Origin: a virus
Direction: 5' to 3' (one strand)
Virus record (IMG/VR): IMGVR_UViG_3300030107_000800
Location: 1 to 64,000 of that record
Length of the DNA: 64,000 nt
The notes under the pieces are model-generated. The model was not told where the DNA came from. It saw nothing but the letters and a program-made list of their open reading frames with translations, and made no database searches. Below, in pieces: positions 1 to 10,800 of the stretch (its first letter is position 1; each line of letters starts with the position of its first letter). The position numbers were made by a program, and so were the translations under genes.

Positions 1-3000
1 GAATTGTACAAGAGTATCTCTTAATGCTTGGTCAGCAATAAGATGTCTGTTACGTGCGATTAGATATGCAGCATCAAGATAAGTATCAGCAGCATTATTT
101 GAGATAACATCTACGTATAATAATGCAAGAGTATCAATAGCAGCTCTTACATCATCACAAGCAGGAGTACCAGCAGTTGCAGTTCTTGTGGTTGGGTCAA
201 AATATCTTGCAACAGAAGAATGCTCTGGAACATACTGAAGATCAGTTGGTAATCTATTACCAGTTCTCCAGTTACACATAGCATATGTTGCTAGTTCCTT
301 CGCATAGAAGATACTACGAACTACCTGTGTTATTTCATAATCAATATATGTAATCTTACCATCAACAATAAGCTTCTTACCTGCCTCAATGATGTTATGA
401 TTTGTTCCAAATTCTAAGTCTCTTACAAGAGCATTCAAGAAATGTACAGTATCCTCACGACATTGCTCATCACCATCTGCTCCACTAGCATCTGGAGAAC
501 TATATGCAGGATACTTCTTCTGACCTGCTGCACAAGACATTAAAATATTTGCTAACTTAACAGTATCATCTTCTGCAATATTTGGAATAGAAGTTGCTAG
601 TGTAATAGTTGCATCACCAGTTACAGCATTATCGTATACAAAGTCACTGATGTTATATGAACTACCACCAAATTCTACAGTACCACCACTTACATAAGTA
701 TGTGGTTCTGGTGTTACACCAATATTAGCCTTAAATGTATTACCACCAATAGATATAGCATTTGTTGCTGCTCTTATGAATGTATGTACAGACTGTGGAA
801 GATTCTTAATACAATTTGTAGCAGCAGCAATAAATGTATGACTTGATTGTGGTAAGTATTGAACAGCCTCTGAAGTAGCACTTACAAATTCGTGTGCATA
901 TTGACCACCTATTACCAATGCTCCAGCAGTTGCAGATACAAATGTATGAGGATAATCACCACCCGTTACAATCGCTCCTGTGGTCGCTGAAACAAAATTA
1001 TGAGCATAGTTACCACCACTCACTACAGCATTGCTTGCAGTGCCACCAGCCCATGTATGAGTGTATTCACCACCAGTGATCAATGCATCAGTAGCAGCAC
1101 TAATGAATGTATGACCAGAAATATCAGATGAAGTACCAACATTCATCTTAATTGTAGTAGCAGTTACACCTGTAATTGTAATTGATGTATCATATGCAGG
1201 GTCAGGAGTACCAGCATTAGCACCTTCACCAGATGAACGTGGATATGTCTTCTGAGTGACGTTACCATCAAGTCCACAAGTAAATGTTAATGAATCAGCA
1301 GCAAGTTTAACACTTTCACCTGTAGATAGACTATGAGCACCAATTGTTAGTTCTAATTCTCCATTGACAGGATTATAAGAAGCATTGGTTGGTGTGTACT
1401 TGAGTAAAGGAGTTGTTCCTACATTAACAGTAATTGTTGTTGATGTAGTTCCTGTGATAGAAATAGATGTATCACTATATGGGTCTGTAGAACGAGGATA
1501 AGTATGGTTTGAACTATTTCCATCCATTCCACAAGTAAATGTCAAAGCATTATTTGGAATCTTAATGCTTGTACCTGTAGTTAAATTATGAGTACCAATT
1601 GTTAGTACTAAGAAACCTGTTGTTGGATTATATGTTGCGTCTGTAACATCCCATTGCTTCAGAGGTGATTTACCAACATTAACTTCAATTACTCCACTCT
1701 GATGCTTAAGGCCACCTGTGGTAGCAGAAACAAATGAGTGAGTTGAAGTATTACTAGAAACACCAACGTTAACAGAGAATTTGTTTGCTGTTACGTTTGT
1801 AATTTCTAACCATTCGTCAGCACCAGGATCAGTTAATCTTGGATATGTGTGCTGAGTATTATTATTATCTTTAGTACATGTGAATACAATAGATCCAGTA
1901 TCAATTTTAACTCTATTAGTATTCTGGAATCCGTGGTTGGTAATTGTTAATTCTAAATTACCAGTTTCAGGAGTATAAGTTGCATTCTCAATAGTGTGAC
2001 TTGTTGATCCAGCTGTGTAAATGGGAACAGCAGTTCCATATACAGGATCAGTAGAACGAGGATATGTATGCTGAGTAGCATCACCATCTTGAGCACAAGT
2101 AAATGTTAGAGAATCATCTGCGATTCTAATAGAATCACCTGCTCTTCTTACTCCATTTGCAACAGCACTAATGAAGTAGTGTGTTGTTACGTTAGTAGAA
2201 GGAGCAGAATCTAAAACTTGAACATCAAATGTATTTGCTGTTATGTTAGTAACATCTAACCATGAACCAGATGCAGGGTCAGTTGCTCTAGGATAAGTAT
2301 GTTGAGTTGAACGAGAATCCTCATCACATTCAAATACAAGTGAATCATCAGCAATCATTACACGATCACCAAGATGGAATCCATGATTAGCAACAGTAAG
2401 AGTCATTACACCCGTAGTTGGGTTGTAAGCAGCACCTGTTGCTGTGTAATCAGATCCACCAAGTAGATTGTGGTTACCAATAGTAAGACTTAATACACCT
2501 GTAACTGGGTTATATGTTGATGCAGTTGGTGTATAAGATGAAAGTGGAGTAGATCCAACATTAACTTGGATTGTTCCATCCTGTCTGCTTATTCCATTAG
2601 CATTTGCAGATACAAATGTGTGTGCGGAAGTATTGGAAGATGTACCAACATCAACAGTAAAACTATTAGTTGCTACATTAGAAATTACCAACCACTCATC
2701 ACCAGCAGGATCACTTACTCTTGGATATGAGTGTGTAGAGAAATCATTATCTAAATCGCAAGTAAATGCTAATGACTTCTGATCAATTTTAATTCTATCT
2801 CCATTACTAAATCCATGACCAGGTATAGTCAATGTCATTATACCTGTAGTTGGATTGTAGTATGTACCTCCAAATGTTACTGCATTTGTAGCAGTACCAC
2901 CAACCCATGTGTGAGTGTAATTACCACCACTAGTAATAGCATTAGTTGCAGTAAATCCAGGCTTCCATCTATGAGTTGAAGTATCTGGAGAAACACCAAC

Positions 3001-6000
3001 ATCCAATGTTATTGTTGTTGCTGTAACTGCTGTAATATTAACTGCTGTATCACGAGCAGGGTCAGATGAACGTGGATATGCATGATCAGTTGCATACTGG
3101 TCTTTCTGACATTGGAATGTTAATGAATCATCAGCAATCTTTACACTAGTACCAACAGCAAGACTGTGAGCACCAATGGTTAATGTCATAAGACCTGTTA
3201 TAGGGTCATAAGAACCGTCTGTAGCGGTGTGTTGTACGTTTGCGGTAGTTCCAACGTTAACAGTAATTGTCGTTGCTGCTGTCGCTGTGATAGCGATTTC
3301 CTGATCATACTGTGGATCTACACCAGGACGAGGATATGTCTTAGTTGCAGTTTGTCCATCCATTGAACATCTGAAGGACAATGAATTCTGCTTAATCCTA
3401 ACTGTATCAGATGTTGTTAAACTATGAGAACCAATAGTTAATACCATATCACCCGAAGATGGGCTATAGGTAGCATTGGTTACACTAAAGGATTGTTCTG
3501 GACCTGTTGCTGTATGTTGAGTTAATCCAACACCTACAACCTCAAGTGAAGTGTCAAATGCAGGATCAGTTGGCCTTGGATATGTATGGTTAGTAGCATT
3601 TGAATCCATTCCACAAGTGAATGTCAATGCATTATCTGCAATCTTAACAGAATCACCAACAGCTAAATTATGATCTCCAATGGTAAGAGTTAAAATACCA
3701 GATGTAGGAGTATATACAGCATTTGTAATATCTTTGTTTACAATAGATGTTGATCCAACATTGATTGTAATATCTCCAGTTTGTCTCTCTAATGCATTAG
3801 CTTGTGCTGATACAAATGTGTGAGTACTTGTATCTGAAGAAATACCAACATTAATTGTAAATGTGTCTGCTGTAGCACCAGAAATCTTAACCCATCTATC
3901 ACCAATTGGATCTAATGGACGAGGATAATCATGGTTAGTAGCATTGCCATCTAATGCACAAGTAAATCTAAGTGCTGCATCAGAAAGTTTAACATAATCT
4001 CCATTAGTAAATCCATGTCCAACTATGGTAAGAACCATCTCACCAGTAGCAGGAGTATAAGAAGCATTAGTTACTGTATGCTGAGTCTTAGTAATACTCT
4101 GAACTACAACTGAACTTCCAGCAGTGGGGTCTGTTCCTGGACGAGGATATGTATGAGTAGAAGCATAATCATCCTGTTCGCAACGGAATGATAGAGAATT
4201 ATTTGCAAGAATTATATCTGCTCCTTCTCTAATACCATGCTGCCCTATGGTCATTGTTAAATCACCAGTAGCAGGGTTATAAGTAGCGGCTGAAGGAGTA
4301 AATTTCTTATCCTCACCAGCTGTTCCTACATTAACAGTAATAGAATTTGCATCAGCAGCAGTAATTGCTATTGATTTTCCAGCAGCAAGATCACTGAAAC
4401 CAGCAGATGCACGAGGATAATTTTGTGTGCTCTGGTTTCCATCCATTGAACATGTAAATGACAATGATTCATCATCAATAGTAACACTGTCACCAACTGA
4501 TAATGTATGACTACCAAGTGTTAATATTAAATTACCAGTAGCAGGATCATAACTTGCGTTAGTAGGAGTGTACTGACTGTTTACACCAGCATTACCAACA
4601 TTAACAGTAAATGTATCTGTAGTTACAGATGTAATAGGAAGTGCTTTTCCAGAAGCAGGATCAGTTGACTTAGGATAGTAATGCTCTGTAGCATTAGAAT
4701 CCATAGAACATGTAAATGTTAATGAACTATCTGCTATTCTTACACCAGCACCTGCTGATAATCCATGACCAGCACTTGTAAGTACTAAATCACCTGTAGC
4801 AGGATCATAAGTAGCATCTGTTGGTGTTACATTTGAAGCAGCAGTACCAGCAATATTAAAGATTGAATAGTAATCTTTAGCAAATTGTGCTCCAACTTTA
4901 CCTAAAACTTCATCTGCAATGAAATCTCTGTTATTCTTAATATAATTTGCAGCATCTTGGAAACGTCTGCTAACAGATGTTGTTAATGGGAAACTATTAG
5001 GAGAGTTAAGTAATGATAGATATACAACTCTTGAAGCATTCTTAACTACAGCAAACTGACCTGGATCATAGTTTGGATCTGTAAGAGTAGGATCTTTCTT
5101 AGGAATAACAAATCGTCTGCAACGACCATCATTATCTTCTAATACTTTATAAATTCTTTGCTTACCATTCAAGAATGATAAGTCTGGAGAGTTGGTTGGT
5201 AGACCTGATATTTCTACCTCTTGACCTTCTTTAAACTCGTGAGTGTTAGTTCTACCAACAAGCTGGTTAGTATAGAGGATTATACCACCTACATCTTCAG
5301 CATTACCATACTGAGGACTCTGATAACCACCAGTTGCTATAGAAGGATCTCCCTGTAGAGAGAAGTCAATTCTAGAAATAGGTAGAGTAGAAATGAAATC
5401 TTCATCTACCTCAGTAACTTCACCCTCTGCCCTGATTGACTTAATCTTAGTTGTGTCAATAGTTTCAACGTTTGGTGTGGCAGCAAACATTTGAATAGTA
5501 GCAGCATTGTTACTATTCCAAGTTGGAGCATTAAGTGATTTTAATGGTTGGAATGTTACATCCCAGTAAGTAGGAGCATTATCTGTATTAATTCCAACTA
5601 CTTGATAGAAACCTTCAGTAAATTCTTGATCATTAGTATCATCAAGTTTTACATATGTACCAGCAGGAATTGCAGAAGAAGGATCAGCAGTAAATTTTAA
5701 TATATTAGAACCATTAGTTCCTTCAATGGTTGCAGCAATTTGAGAACCTGCACCAGCAGATGTAATATACTCAAATCGTTCACCCTCAACAAAGGAACCA
5801 CTTGATAGGTTAACATCAACTGTACCATTAATGTATGCATTAGCACCAGTAGTATCAGTAAAAGAAACATCAAATATATCTGCTCTAGCACCAGTGTTTA
5901 AACCAACAACTTCTAATCCAGCAGTAAGATTCTGAAGGCCAGTATTCTGCTGGAAACTAACGCGGAATTGATCTGGACCAAAGACCTGTGTACCAACTGC

Positions 6001-7293
6001 AAAATTAACACCAGCATCTCCATTGACATCAGAATCGACGATAATACGTTGCTTATCGTCAAAGACCATCGCGTAGTCCCAAGTAGCAACAGCGTCACCA
6101 TTAGAGTCAATCTGGTCTCTGAACGTTACACCAATAACGTAGTTCTTATCACCAAACTTGAATATATGTTTACCTGGATTTGCAGGACGTACAATAACCA
6201 AACGTAAGTTGTCACCAACGATTGATGCATCAGGTGGAATGGATATTGGGTTATCTTCTACATAATCTCCACCAGAAACAACAATAGTTTCTTTAACACC
6301 AGGAGTTTTCCATGCCTCTTGACATGCTTTCTTAATAGTTCTTACTGGGTTTACAGCAGATCGACCATCGTTAAGGTCAGAACCAATCTGTTGTGAAACG
6401 TAAATACGACCACCAACGTCATTCGTTGCTAGGTTGAGGACGTATTCTGTAGTAGCAATCTTGTCTGATCTGTCACCTAATAGAGGTGTAATAGATCTTG
6501 GGAATACACCAGAGTCTCCAGTAACATTATATCCAAATCTATCGCTATCAACTGCATGGAAACCAATGTGTTTGAACTGAACTTCTCCATTCAGTACAAT
6601 ACCATCCTTATGAGTTGGAGCTTCAGTACCAGTTTGACCTGAATTTATTGATTGATAAACGTTAGCACCAAAATATCTGTATGCATCTTTTTGGAGAATA
6701 ACGTTAGGAGCCCAAGGTATACCAGTATTATTCTGATATGTCTTTAAACTTGGTGCTCTAAAGTTAGCATCAGGAGTAACAAAGTTATCAATATCAAGGT
6801 TAAGGATTCTTGCAGTATCAGAAATGATAGAAGTTGATGTTCTAATAGCACCAGAAACATCAAGTTCATAATCAACTGTGTCAAGAACAGCAACGGCAGT
6901 TGCACCTTGTCCACCACCACCTTCAATTGTTACTAAAGGAGCAGTTGTATATCCTAAGCCTGGGTTGTTGACGGCAATTGTAACAACTTGACCATTGAAT
7001 ATAAATGCGGAAGCTTGTGCTTGAATACCACCAACACCAGGAGGAGGTTCTACTGTAACAGTAGGTTGTACAGTAAATCCACCACCACCATTAGTGATGT
7101 CAATGTTATTAACTCTCTGTCCAGTTCTATTAATACCAACACGAGGTAACCCTGTGGTATCGTCTAATTCGGTACGTATGATCTCTTTTTCTAAAGATCC
7201 AGTACCAACTCTTATGGTTGCTTCATTATCACCGATAAGAGCAGGTTTAGAACCTCTAATTTTCTCCTTATCGGAATTGATGTTAAAACTCAT
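1..7293 (-). CDS. Giant virion structural / tail-fibre-like repeat protein, >2430 aa, runs off the left edge (absent from the ORF track)
   Basis: ATG at 7293 (MSFNINSDKEKIRGSKPALIGDNE...). The same frame still reads openly at position 1 (...QALRDTLVQF). Contains a parallel beta-helix-like entry motif (IYVSQQIGSDLNDGRS...RTIKKA) and tandem repeats. Late promoter core upstream. Confidence 0.88.
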   Translation of the reverse strand, partial: MSFNINSDKEKIRGSKPALIGDNEATIRVGTGSLEKEIIRTELDDTTGLPRVGINRTGQRVNNIDITNGGGGFTVQPTVTVEPPPGVGGIQAQASAFIFNGQVVTIAVNNPGLGYTTAPLVTIEGGGGQGATAVAVLDTVDYELDVSGAIRTSTSIISDTARILNLDIDNFVTPDANFRAPSLKTYQNNTGIPWAPNVILQKDAYRYFGANVYQSINSGQTGTEAPTHKDGIVLNGEVQFKHIGFHAVDSDRFGYNVTGDSGVFPRSITPLLGDRSDKIATTEYVLNLATNDVGGRIYVSQQIGSDLNDGRSAVNPVRTIKKACQEAWKTPGVKETIVVSGGDYVEDNPISIPPDASIVGDNLRLVIVRPANPGKHIFKFGDKNYVIGVTFRDQIDSNGDAVATWDYAMVFDDKQRIIVDSDVNGDAGVNFAVGTQVFGPDQFRVSFQQNTGLQNLTAGLEVVGLNTGARADIFDVSFTDTTGANAYINGTVDVNLSSGSFVEGERFEYITSAGAGSQIAATIEGTNGSNILKFTADPSSAIPAGTYVKLDDTNDQEFTEGFYQVVGINTDNAPTYWDVTFQPLKSLNAPTWNSNNAATIQMFAATPNVETIDTTKIKSIRAEGEVTEVDEDFISTLPISRIDFSLQGDPSIATGGYQSPQYGNAEDVGGIILYTNQLVGRTNTHEFKEGQEVEISGLPTNSPDLSFLNGKQRIYKVLEDNDGRCRRFVIPKKDPTLTDPNYDPGQFAVVKNASRVVYLSLLNSPNSFPLTTSVSRRFQDAANYIKNNRDFIADEVLGKVGAQFAKDYYSIFNIAGTAASNVTPTDATYDPATGDLVLTSAGHGLSAGAGVRIADSSLTFTCSMDSNATEHYYPKSTDPASGKALPITSVTTDTFTVNVGNAGVNSQYTPTNASYDPATGNLILTLGSHTLSVGDSVTIDDESLSFTCSMDGNQSTQNYPRASAGFSDLAAGKSIAITAADANSITVNVGTAGEDKKFTPSAATYNPATGDLTMTIGQHGIREGADIILANNSLSFRCEQDDYASTHTYPRPGTDPTAGSSVVVQSITKTQHTVTNASYTPATGEMVLTIVGHGFTNGDYVKLSDAALRFTCALDGNATNHDYPRPLDPIGDRWVKISGATADTFTINVGISSDTSTHTFVSAQANALERQTGDITINVGSTSIVNKDITNAVYTPTSGILTLTIGDHNLAVGDSVKIADNALTFTCGMDSNATNHTYPRPTDPAFDTSLEVVGVGLTQHTATGPEQSFSVTNATYSPSSGDMVLTIGSHSLTTSDTVRIKQNSLSFRCSMDGQTATKTYPRPGVDPQYDQEIAITATAATTITVNVGTTANVQHTATDGSYDPITGLMTLTIGAHSLAVGTSVKIADDSLTFQCQKDQYATDHAYPRSSDPARDTAVNITAVTATTITLDVGVSPDTSTHRWKPGFTATNAITSGGNYTHTWVGGTATNAVTFGGTYYNPTTGIMTLTIPGHGFSNGDRIKIDQKSLAFTCDLDNDFSTHSYPRVSDPAGDEWLVISNVATNSFTVDVGTSSNTSAHTFVSANANGISRQDGTIQVNVGSTPLSSYTPTASTYNPVTGVLSLTIGNHNLLGGSDYTATGAAYNPTTGVMTLTVANHGFHLGDRVMIADDSLVFECDEDSRSTQHTYPRATDPASGSWLDVTNITANTFDVQVLDSAPSTNVTTHYFISAVANGVRRAGDSIRIADDSLTFTCAQDGDATQHTYPRSTDPVYGTAVPIYTAGSTSHTIENATYTPETGNLELTITNHGFQNTNRVKIDTGSIVFTCTKDNNNTQHTYPRLTDPGADEWLEITNVTANKFSVNVGVSSNTSTHSFVSATTGGLKHQSGVIEVNVGKSPLKQWDVTDATYNPTTGFLVLTIGTHNLTTGTSIKIPNNALTFTCGMDGNSSNHTYPRSTDPYSDTSISITGTTSTTITVNVGTTPLLKYTPTNASYNPVNGELELTIGAHSLSTGESVKLAADSLTFTCGLDGNVTQKTYPRSSGEGANAGTPDPAYDTSITITGVTATTIKMNVGTSSDISGHTFISAATDALITGGEYTHTWAGGTASNAVVSGGNYAHNFVSATTGAIVTGGDYPHTFVSATAGALVIGGQYAHEFVSATSEAVQYLPQSSHTFIAAATNCIKNLPQSVHTFIRAATNAISIGGNTFKANIGVTPEPHTYVSGGTVEFGGSSYNISDFVYDNAVTGDATITLATSIPNIAEDDTVKLANILMSCAAGQKKYPAYSSPDASGADGDEQCREDTVHFLNALVRDLEFGTNHNIIEAGKKLIVDGKITYIDYEITQVVRSIFYAKELATYAMCNWRTGNRLPTDLQYVPEHSSVARYFDPTTRTATAGTPACDDVRAAIDTLALLYVDVISNNAADTYLDAAYLIARNRHLIADQALRDTLVQF
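1080..4840 (-). repeat. About 13 degenerate intragenic repeats of ~75-115 aa (ATYxPxTGxLxLTIGxH...SLTFTCxxDxxATxHTYPRxxDP...TVNVG)
   Basis: xFxC-encoding motif near 1276, 1530, 1876, 2094, 2326, 2757, 3108, 3367, 3612, 3956, 4180, 4449 and 4710, with recurring acgaggata/cttggata (YPR). Confidence 0.85.
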
Positions 7294-7331
7294 GGTGCCG
7301 TCTTACTCCAAGCCTTTAATATCCTCAGATA

Positions 7332-7338
7332 TATTTAG
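7332..7338 (-). promoter_or_regulatory. T4-type late promoter core (CTAAATA)
   Basis: Intergenic, ~40 nt upstream of the giant structural gene. Confidence 0.7.
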
Positions 7339-7340
7339 CA

Positions 7341-7841
7341 TCAACTCCACGCAATACTGATAACTTCTGTCACTGCGGCCCATTTTAAAGTAGCAGTTGT
7401 ACCAGCTCTGGTTGTACTATAACTAAATCTATTAGTTGATCCTAAAGGTTGAATATCCCAAGTTTGACCAGTTGGAATATCATCCTTAATAACTGTTGTC
7501 ATTGTAGATAAAACATTTGTATTACCTAGATTATCACAAAACAATGCAGTCTCCATTTTAGCAGAATAAACTGTGCCTGTTGGATTAACACAGATTATAT
7601 GTCCAGTTATAAAATTACAAGTATTACTACTAATAACTATCTGTCCAGCAGTAGTATCTAAAGAAAGTACAGCAGTATTTAATCCACGTAAAATATACCT
7701 TGTAGAACTACTATCTGTATAATGTGAATTAGCAATATGCAAAGTATTGAAATCTTTTGCATTTCTTTTATCATCAAATATTGTAGTTTGTCCTATAGAA
7801 AAACCGCCATTTGAATCTAATTGTTCTTTTGTTACTGCCAT
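7341..7841 (-). CDS. Virion structural protein (166 aa, beta-rich)
   Basis: ORF tightly packed in the late structural operon. Confidence 0.7.
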   Translation of the reverse strand: MAVTKEQLDSNGGFSIGQTTIFDDKRNAKDFNTLHIANSHYTDSSSTRYILRGLNTAVLSLDTTAGQIVISSNTCNFITGHIICVNPTGTVYSAKMETALFCDNLGNTNVLSTMTTVIKDDIPTGQTWDIQPLGSTNRFSYSTTRAGTTATLKWAAVTEVISIAWS

Positions 7842-7843
7842 TG

Positions 7844-10800
7844 TTATTTCTTAGTAATATTTGATACAACTGTTATCTTAATAGTATGAGTTGCTAATAC
7901 ATTAGCTCCTAAATCAATATTTAGTCTGACCTCACTATTTGTCGTCATCTCCCAAGTTGGTACAATCAACTGAGCACCTGTTCTCAAATTACCATATTCA
8001 TTGTATATGACATTGGTTGTGTCATCTATAACACCAAACTCATACATCTCTCTAGCACCATTAGATAAGTTTTCTGCTACCACAGTAACCTTAGCACCTT
8101 TCTCAGTTGCAGTAGGATAGATAATAGAATTACCAGAGTTAGATGAACCTTTAACTAGAGTAATTACATCAGATAAAATTCTTACATCAGATAATTCAAA
8201 TTCTTTAAGATCACTATCAAAGACCTTAACTCCATTATAGTTACCTGTGCCAAATCCTGTGTTTAGATATACATCACCTTGATCATCAAATCTTAAAATT
8301 GGATCTGTATATACACCAGATGATACACCTAGATCAAAGTATTGCTTAGAACTATGTAAGAATGTCTTAGTAGTAGATGTATTATCAAGAGTTGTAGCAG
8401 CATTATCAAATGTGAATAATGATGCAGTAATTTCAAATTCGTCACTTGTAGCAGAAACGATTGTATCAACTGTATAAAATTCAAATGCTGACTGAGTTAG
8501 TCTCAATGAGTTATTACCAGCGTTGTAGAAGTATAGAGTATCTTCATCACCACCAGCAGTTAATTCAGGAACAATATAAGTATCTTGGTCAACGTCTTTA
8601 ACACCACCCAATGATCCCCAGTTAAGGCCATCAAATCCTTCATATTGAAGTGTTCCTGTGTTATATCTAATAGAACCTCTCTCAGCAACACCTCTTTGTG
8701 CAGTATTACCAGATGGAACTACTAATGATGTAGCAGCATCAATCTTAACTTTTTTACCAGAGTTAGGTCTAATATTTAAGTCACTGATATCTGTAGAAAT
8801 TTCAGCACCAAATAATCTTAAATCTCCACCGATAACAAGTGGACATGTCTTATTAGGACCAACTCTAAGTTCTTGAATATCATCAAATTCTAATGGAGCA
8901 ACACCTAATCCCCAGAATGTTAGTACAGCAGTACCATTAGCAAGAGCACCAGATGTGTGTATTGGTTCATTACCAGTAGTAGCAGTAGTACCAGAAGTAG
9001 TTACTTCATATAAGTTGTTTAACCACTTAAGGTATTGTCCTGCTGTTACAGGTGCGTTAGCATTCCATTCTGTATATGCAGGTGCAAGTACGTTCACAGA
9101 ACGTATCTTCTTCATGTTTACAAACTCAAGGAAGTTAGGACTTACCTTAAGTGTATTAACATTATCGTTAAAGAACCAGATAGTGTTATCATTAGCACCA
9201 ACTGTCTCTTCTGCCAACATGTAGGTATTACCATCTAGGTCTCTTACACCACCTAGAGATGACCATGATGTTGTACTAGAATGATAACCTTCGTACTGGT
9301 TAGATGTAGTATTAAATCTAATACAACCATCCTTAGTAATAGCAGGGCCAGGTCTGGATGCTGTATCACCAGCAGGAATAACAAAACCACTTAAAGCAGT
9401 TACTTCTACAATCCTTCCAATGTCAGGATTAAGTATAAGGTCATTACCTCCTAATGAAGCAATAGTTGTATTAGGACCAGTAATCTTTAGATTATCACCA
9501 GCTCTAATATCTTCAGATTTTATATAACCACCTACTGCAACCTCTAAATTACCAGTATCAGCAGCAATTGTTAATTTAGGAGTAAATGTTCCAGCTACAT
9601 CCAAACCAACTTTAAAGTTCTGAGTTAATACTTCAATATCTTTATTGGTATCAGTTTGAATAGTAAGTTTCTTTCCAGTAACAGCACCAGCAGTTAAAGG
9701 AGCAGTTAATAATGGAGTCTCTATAGAAGTAGCAGCTTTTGCTACTGTAGTATCTAAATTAGTAACAGTACCATTTGATATGGTAGCATCTGTTGAAACA
9801 ACATCTTTAACTGTAAATGCTCCAGTTAAAACTTCACCTTTAATAATTTCTTCTACAACAACATCATTAACAAGTAGTTGGAATCCACTACCAAATGTCT
9901 TGGGGTTGTTAAGATCTATAGTGATAGTTGCTTCTTCTCCATCCTCACCACCTTCATTAGTATGGTCAACACTATCAGTAGCACAATAGTAGTAAAGTGT
10001 TGGAGTAGTTTCTGTTACCTTAATTGTTAATGATTCTGAACCTGCTGCTGTAACTCTCGTTACACCATCAGTATATTCAGCACCATAAGCATTAAATTCA
10101 ATTGCACCACCAACTGTAGGTAATTTGTCAACAGTAAATTGAGTTGAACTATCAACAGTTACAATTCTTGTATCAGCAGCAAATGCACCTAATCCTTGGT
10201 CAGCAAGATCTTTTTCAACAATAAATCCTACTTTAAGTCCAGTTGTTGAACCAACTGTAATTTGAGTTGCTGTTGATGTTAATGTTGCAGTTATTCCTTC
10301 TACTCTATCCCATCTTCCATCTGGAAATGAACTTAAGGAGAATACATGGCCACCAAGTGTAGCACTGTTTAAATCGAATGAATATGAGTTACCAGCATAG
10401 AATGTTAATGATGGATTAAAAACAGTATCTATTAAGAAACGATAATCATCAACTGAAGTTTGTACTTCATATGCTGTGGTTGGAGCATTCTCATTAACAA
10501 TAAATCCACCAGCACTAAAACCAAAATAATCACAAATTATATAAGAAATATTACCACCATTGGTTTTTATCTTCTGTATATCAACAGCATTACCAGCAGT
10601 AGTTACCTGATCAACATTAGCAGTAATATTATCAGCAGGTGCTGAACCACCAACCAAATTACCAGCTATAGTTATAGTATCAGTATCAGTATAGAATATA
10701 CCAAGTCCACTTTGATTAACACTGAGTGAGATTACTGCACCAGTATTATCACGAGTAACATCAAAAGTAGCACCAGTACCATTTCCCCCACTAGTTGATG

